DNA of 64,000 nucleotides from a virus: positions 1 to 64,000 of the IMG/VR virus record IMGVR_UViG_3300031707_002715, one strand, 5' to 3'. Both the position numbers and the translations under genes were made by a program. How positions within the stretch are numbered: position 1 is the stretch's first letter; each line of letters begins with the position of its first letter. The notes under the pieces were generated by a model. The model saw nothing but the letters and a program-made list of their open reading frames with translations. It did not search any database and was not told the origin of the DNA. Below are positions 60,001 through 64,000 of this stretch, in pieces.

Positions 60001-60558
60001 TTGAACGCAAGTGGTCCTGTGGTAATAGACGCATTAACTAATGATTTAAATTCACTATTTGATCAAAAGAAAATGGGTGAACGTATAAATCAGAGTGACA
60101 TTATTGCAATAGCAGACGACAATAATGGTGTCGATTACGTGATGCTACCATTAACTAGGATGGCGATATCAGACGGAACGCACATCGCTAACGAAATAAT
60201 ACCTAGAAATACAGTGTGGTCAGTTTATCAAGTCGGTGTTGTTACATCATATAAAACGCCAAGCCATGTGTTAAAATATAATACTGCTGGTAGCGCAAGC
60301 GATAGTTCAAAATTTTGGCGAATTAGTGCTAATGACGTAGCATTACAACTAGTGAGCTCTCCAAATGATGTCGCAGCAGGTGCGAGTAGAGGATATATCA
60401 GCAATGACGGAACGATTTACATTTCGACTGTTACAGATCCTACGGCATATACAATAACTGTAGCATATAATGTTTCTGATGAAACTGGGTCAAAAGACAT
60501 AATAACGACAGATTTAGATTATTTGAATTTAAAATCACTAGTAATTAACACTATCTAA
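57022..60558 (+). CDS. Baseplate J-like wedge protein (gp6-like) with N-terminal FN3 and inserted modules
   Basis: DIKPGTMTRD; LANNFNTFRKAATASIGEVVF; GGNDIESNRSLASRA...GTRDGY; GKVDIY; ADVLVK; GERINQSDII...GVDYV. Confidence 0.9.
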   Translation: MARPSQPTGLTTEASSNSIIINWTANPEPDVKGYNIYNSTTSGGGISGYVKLNNELITTYSRIDDVVTNSTTTVQTIGGQRTTTTIETITQIVIFAFTHSDLLDTKPQYYVLTAVNNSDEESLYSIEIYDVPLILSTVLVEFPVRSTSDVTKSMIANVLTRYPNIDIKPGTMTRDIHIDPHASEFGFLYTYIDFLVRSESFITLLEIDDPTNTGTSIAVSQSTYKQQLKAAMQLTNDSDVQSIIDFAFDKLANNFNTFRKAATASIGEVVFYTQIEPTATITVPQGTVISTTSTSAKPAINFQTLAEAKMLIGSIDQYFNEVTQRYELTVSIQAITTGEVTNVGSNTINNSTFTQLQVTNIKPTEGGNDIESNRSLASRAMLAFTGLDVGTRDGYLRTAIETQYVYDVLVVDAGNTLMQRDYDAVRSQHAYGKVDIYFKGSVLISFVETFGFLFKGAYREDVNIDTTTLSAASATNMRIFVINSEVSTSYPVYLIQEIINVTKSDSFDLTGNFTLYKNAVIMPKTQYLLDLSSGLITFYTQIFLGDSVTADYEYKVPIVNEVVIASATGGEISAYLDANALARNVAIFTDKIYLNRISAFSIDPSTDQLTILLGHVYHTGDIARVASTGTLPSPLIANTDYYVIKISNTRLKLATTLSNATNGIAIDIITSGVGALSIQPSTKITLIRDVDYAIYYKTVGVHQVGLIMFSFISFPTGLTSSDVITADYSYVEPIVGEVVIASAVGNETTANLAHGNVVEAFVIESNGISIDINNTNAINYLINIALTDIIRVTYKYKKADSAIFSNQPVDSINSVTTSTGDPLQEGTQYLFNKVDDILLTGNSVRTQRSIQLIYDSTSGLPAGELFDYSEHVSLVGTEYKTLSKKGIDVHTIVVKNIAGTITYNINNDYVLDLPETPFYYMQIARSTTSTIGDGQTVVISYKYGESITVSYNVNSLIKTIQDKVDVRRHITADVLVKSANRIDVDIEFTVKLRLNASGPVVIDALTNDLNSLFDQKKMGERINQSDIIAIADDNNGVDYVMLPLTRMAISDGTHIANEIIPRNTVWSVYQVGVVTSYKTPSHVLKYNTAGSASDSSKFWRISANDVALQLVSSPNDVAAGASRGYISNDGTIYISTVTDPTAYTITVAYNVSDETGSKDIITTDLDYLNLKSLVINTI

Positions 60559-60571
60559 TGTGAGGTAAATC

Positions 60572-63500
60572 TTGGCAATTCCTGTCACTAATAGTAATAT
60601 ATCTACTAGCTGGTGCACTAGTTTCTTTGCTGTTATTTTTGAGACTAATGAACCGTCACTTACTTATTATACTTTAGATGGTTCTATTCCGACGACATCA
60701 TCATCTTTATATACTAGTCCATTTATTATTGAAACTGAAGGAATCACTACTGTCAAATATTTTTCTATTAGCGATTCAACTCATGAGGCAAATATAGTTC
60801 AGACTGAGCAAGTTAAGATTGACGGTATTACTCCTATATCTACTATACATGTCAATATCAATCCTGACGGACAAAATAGCTGGTATATTACATTACCGGT
60901 AATTACTATAACTGCTAATGATGCAGTCTCTGGAGTCGATAAAATATATTATTCGTGGGACGGTGCTACATTTGTAGTATATACAGGAGGATCGTTTACT
61001 ATCCCTGGTGAAGGCATTCACTATTTACAAGTTTATTCCATAGATTTTGCGAGCAACAAAGAAGAAGTACAGACTAGAACATTTAAATACGACAACGTAG
61101 TGCCGTCGACTGCTATTACGATTCCGCTCGAAGTGTCTCATAATCCTGTCACTATCACTTTTACAGTGACAGATTCTGCTTCTGGTCAACAAAATACTTA
61201 CTATACTACTGACGGTTCGACGCCGACAACTGATTTAACACCGGCAACATCCTTTGAAATAAAGACATCGGGTTTATATGTTGTAAAATTCTTTTCAGTG
61301 GATAATGCCGGAAATATCGAATCTGTCAAACAGTCTGCACCGTTTAGACTTGAAATAGAACCGGCAGCTTTACAAGTTTTAATAACTGAAAGTTTTCCGA
61401 TTAATGGTGATAATTGCTGGTATAAATCATCACCACAAATCAGTTTGCTCACGACAAAACCTAATTTAGTTACGAGCCTCACATACAAAATTGCTCCGAG
61501 AGCAAAACCGACGACTGCTACTTATACAAGTACTGTTCATATAACTGGCACAATCAATTTGTCACAGGGTTCGTTTATTGCTTTAGAAATCGATCAGTCT
61601 AATAATCCACTAGTTATAAATATTCGCGGAGTTGATGCGACTCAGACTTCTATTCAAGACATAATTGATCAGATTAATAATACTGTTGGTGGTGATGTAC
61701 CAATAGCTAAACAGACTGATGTTAATGGATTGACTGGCACTGGATACATCACAGTGACATCACCGACTGGTGGATCGGGATCGCCGACGTCTGAGATTAA
61801 ATTTGTGAGTCCCGGGACATTTGATGCAACCGAAGTCGTGTTCGGCCTCAATATAGACACTTATCCGCACACGTTTACAGAGACATATCTTTATATAAAT
61901 TACACGAACCATTTTGTATTACCGAGCGATGGTTCGTGGTTAGTTTCAGCGATTGCAGTAACAGATACAGAGACTGCAACAGTAGAAAAAAATTATAATT
62001 TAGATTCTACAGCACCGATAACTGTGATTACAGTTGTTCCAGATCACGGTAGCGGTTTTTACACCACCACACCAGACATTACTTTTTCTGCCACAGATAA
62101 TGCTTCAGGTATTCATCATATTATCTATCAATTTGATGAAAATCCTACATTCGAATATCATCTTGAAGACGGGCCAATACATTTACCAAATACATCAAAA
62201 ATAATTCGATTAACGTATTTTTCGGTCGATGTCGCTGGAAATGTCGAAACGCCCAAAGAAAGACTATTCAATTTCGACAACATAAAACCTGTAACTAGCA
62301 CTGATGCGACTGCTATTAACGAATATAATGATCTTAATATCATATTATCGTGGGCTCACGTAATAGAATTCAACCCGATATCTGAAGAATATGAATTTAC
62401 ATTATTAACACCATCATTGCGACAAAATCTAACGACTTATACTGACTGGTCGACGATGATGTTATACTTGACATCATTAAACGTTGATTCTACGTCAAAG
62501 GTTTTCACAGTCGACTTACTAAATAATTATTTGGTGACATCTGTCACTCACAATTTAAGCACGGGCAATGTTCTTGAAGTCAGAAGCACGGTGCAATTAC
62601 CAAATCCATTATTAGCAAACAGGTATTATTATATAATAGCAATATCAGCGACTCAGATAAAAGTTGCAGACACTTATGATAATGCGTTACTCGGCACTGC
62701 CATAACTTTAACTAATACGGGCATCGGCGTCTTAACATTAAATAGAGCAAAACCAGAGATAGTAGTATCTGATCCGTTACGTATATTTTTGAAACCAGTG
62801 GACGATAGACAATACACTGTCGTAAATGAAAGAATATTGACGCAAGACGATGCAATTAACGAATTAACGACTGCAAATAATTTCTTAATAAGCGTTTCGA
62901 GAGTTTATAATAGTACTACTAGCACAACATTAACTGTCAAGTACACTTCTAATAATAAGATCTATACTAACGAAGTTTTTGCTGCGACTGATGTAATATA
63001 TGTTGATTACATTTATACTGGTATCAGCCATGTTTATTATGGAATAAATATTGAACCGTCGATATTAACGCCTGAAGGTGTGATAGTCGATCTAAATGAT
63101 AATGGTGTTAGCTCAATAAAATGGTTTGCAATTGATACAGCTGGTAATATAGAAGACACTAAAGATTTGAGTGCTACGGTCGCTGTTTTGAATAGGGCGC
63201 CCGTAGTTGATGTAAATATAGTAAAAAGTACTGATTTGACTGATTTTGTACCGAACGGCGATAATGATTGGTATAAATTAAATGAGTCGATTCCTACATT
63301 ACGACCAGAAATAAAGATTAATATTAAAAGCCCAAATGTATTTTTCTTTAATTATCATCCGACATTTATAAGCGTGAGCGGCCCTGGACCATATACGGTC
63401 CAATATCAAATACCATTTATAAACACGACATATGAAGAATTATCAGATGTTACACCGTATTTAAAAACTCGTGTAGAAAATATCACTAAGAATGAAGTAT

Positions 63501-64000
63501 ATACTGTTCAAACTCTTAGTGGTAACATCATCACGACCACTGCGACTATATTGCCTGCACCTAGTGATATAGTTCAAGTAGATTGTATATACTCTACATT
63601 ATTTGATGCTACTGTAGGTTCAGGTGCAAAAGTAATTACAATAGGTGATATACATAATCCAGATATAGTATTTGATTTTTCTGACAAGGCTAATCCGTAT
63701 TATTATCCTGAATCGCCGACTACTTATAATTTACAAGGTGAAAAAGATATAACGACTGTTGCTATAGATAAACGAGGTCGAGAAACGACAAATACTTCTA
63801 TACCTCAATTAAGCGGTCGCAACACGTTAAAATTAGATACTGATGCACCGATTTCTACAGATAATGCAGTTACTGGTTGGGTAAATCACGATGTCGTAGT
63901 GACAATCACATCAAATGATTTTGTACCGCCACCAGATCAGACTGCATCAGGCATTAACAGGATACTTTATAGTACTGACGGATCAGATCCGAATATAATC
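60572..64000 (+). CDS. Large Ig-repeat virion/baseplate protein, 3'-truncated (absent from the ORF track)
   Basis: RBS gaggt then TTG at 60572 (MAIPVTNSNISTSW...YYTLDGSIPT); repeated YYTTDGS.P, D..SG...I.Y and YFSVD.AGN.E motifs; in frame where spot-checked and at the window end (ILYSTDGSDPNII). Confidence 0.88.
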   Translation, partial: MAIPVTNSNISTSWCTSFFAVIFETNEPSLTYYTLDGSIPTTSSSLYTSPFIIETEGITTVKYFSISDSTHEANIVQTEQVKIDGITPISTIHVNINPDGQNSWYITLPVITITANDAVSGVDKIYYSWDGATFVVYTGGSFTIPGEGIHYLQVYSIDFASNKEEVQTRTFKYDNVVPSTAITIPLEVSHNPVTITFTVTDSASGQQNTYYTTDGSTPTTDLTPATSFEIKTSGLYVVKFFSVDNAGNIESVKQSAPFRLEIEPAALQVLITESFPINGDNCWYKSSPQISLLTTKPNLVTSLTYKIAPRAKPTTATYTSTVHITGTINLSQGSFIALEIDQSNNPLVINIRGVDATQTSIQDIIDQINNTVGGDVPIAKQTDVNGLTGTGYITVTSPTGGSGSPTSEIKFVSPGTFDATEVVFGLNIDTYPHTFTETYLYINYTNHFVLPSDGSWLVSAIAVTDTETATVEKNYNLDSTAPITVITVVPDHGSGFYTTTPDITFSATDNASGIHHIIYQFDENPTFEYHLEDGPIHLPNTSKIIRLTYFSVDVAGNVETPKERLFNFDNIKPVTSTDATAINEYNDLNIILSWAHVIEFNPISEEYEFTLLTPSLRQNLTTYTDWSTMMLYLTSLNVDSTSKVFTVDLLNNYLVTSVTHNLSTGNVLEVRSTVQLPNPLLANRYYYIIAISATQIKVADTYDNALLGTAITLTNTGIGVLTLNRAKPEIVVSDPLRIFLKPVDDRQYTVVNERILTQDDAINELTTANNFLISVSRVYNSTTSTTLTVKYTSNNKIYTNEVFAATDVIYVDYIYTGISHVYYGINIEPSILTPEGVIVDLNDNGVSSIKWFAIDTAGNIEDTKDLSATVAVLNRAPVVDVNIVKSTDLTDFVPNGDNDWYKLNESIPTLRPEIKINIKSPNVFFFNYHPTFISVSGPGPYTVQYQIPFINTTYEELSDVTPYLKTRVENITKNEVYTVQTLSGNIITTTATILPAPSDIVQVDCIYSTLFDATVGSGAKVITIGDIHNPDIVFDFSDKANPYYYPESPTTYNLQGEKDITTVAIDKRGRETTNTSIPQLSGRNTLKLDTDAPISTDNAVTGWVNHDVVVTITSNDFVPPPDQTASGINRILYSTDGSDPNII

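Larger units (their letters stand above)
1..64000 (+). mobile_element. Structural (late) gene region of a large contractile-tailed bacteriophage genome, probably jumbo; no host or att boundary visible
   Basis: Canonical myovirus order sheath-tube-chaperones-tape measure-tube initiators-hub-spike-gp25-like wedge-baseplate J; neck and HK97 gp10-like candidates; tightly packed co-oriented ORFs with abutting or overlapping stop/start codons; no housekeeping genes. Confidence 0.9.

Noticed and set aside
29905-60558. Bacterial eCIS/tailocin or T6SS locus rather than a phage
   Set aside because: No Afp15-like AAA+ ATPase, T6SS membrane complex or flanking host genes were seen; neck/HK97 gp10-like candidates and a homing-type endonuclease favour a phage. 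Not fully excluded, because capsid, portal and terminase are not in the window
500-62343. Many short minus-strand and alternate-frame ORFs in the track (e.g. 4313-4669, 31987-32445, 37102-37530, 53838-54227, 61201-61488)
   Set aside because: They lie inside long, motif-bearing genes, have no recognisable motifs, and look like antisense or off-frame shadows
1-64000. Alternative genetic code (stop-codon reassignment, as in some large phages)
   Set aside because: Very long ORFs are intact in the standard code, and TAA, TAG and TGA all end genes that abut the next start

Overview
This AT-rich window (roughly 30-33% GC, estimated by eye) is almost entirely + strand and densely coded. It reads as the virion-morphogenesis region of a large, probably jumbo, contractile-tailed (myovirus-like) bacteriophage. 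Order: partial collagen-like fibre gene; three glycosyltransferase/methyltransferase genes; small Ig-like virion proteins and a neck/adaptor candidate; a free-standing zinc-ribbon PD-(D/E)XK endonuclease; three genes sharing an N-terminal leader (HExxH peptidase+GNAT, small protein, CYTH+NDT-like) followed by a HAD phosphatase; head-closure and tail-completion candidates with an actin-fold ATPase among them; a tail fibre; one inverted secreted 'moron' resembling Fibrobacterota/FCB proteins; then tail sheath, tube, three paralogous chaperones, tape measure, two tube-initiator paralogues, hub, spike, large decorated baseplate proteins, gp25-like wedge, baseplate J and a truncated Ig-repeat protein. 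I saw no capsid, portal, terminase, integrase, rRNA, tRNA or CRISPR array. Best candidates for new biology: (1) a leader-peptide-tagged enzyme cargo cassette in which the leader recurs at domain junctions; (2) a phage actin inside the neck/tail operon; (3) a possible virion-fibre glycosylation/methylation pathway; (4) a mobile, nested structural module shared by neck, sheath and wedge. All product calls come from motif recognition and gene order, not database searches.
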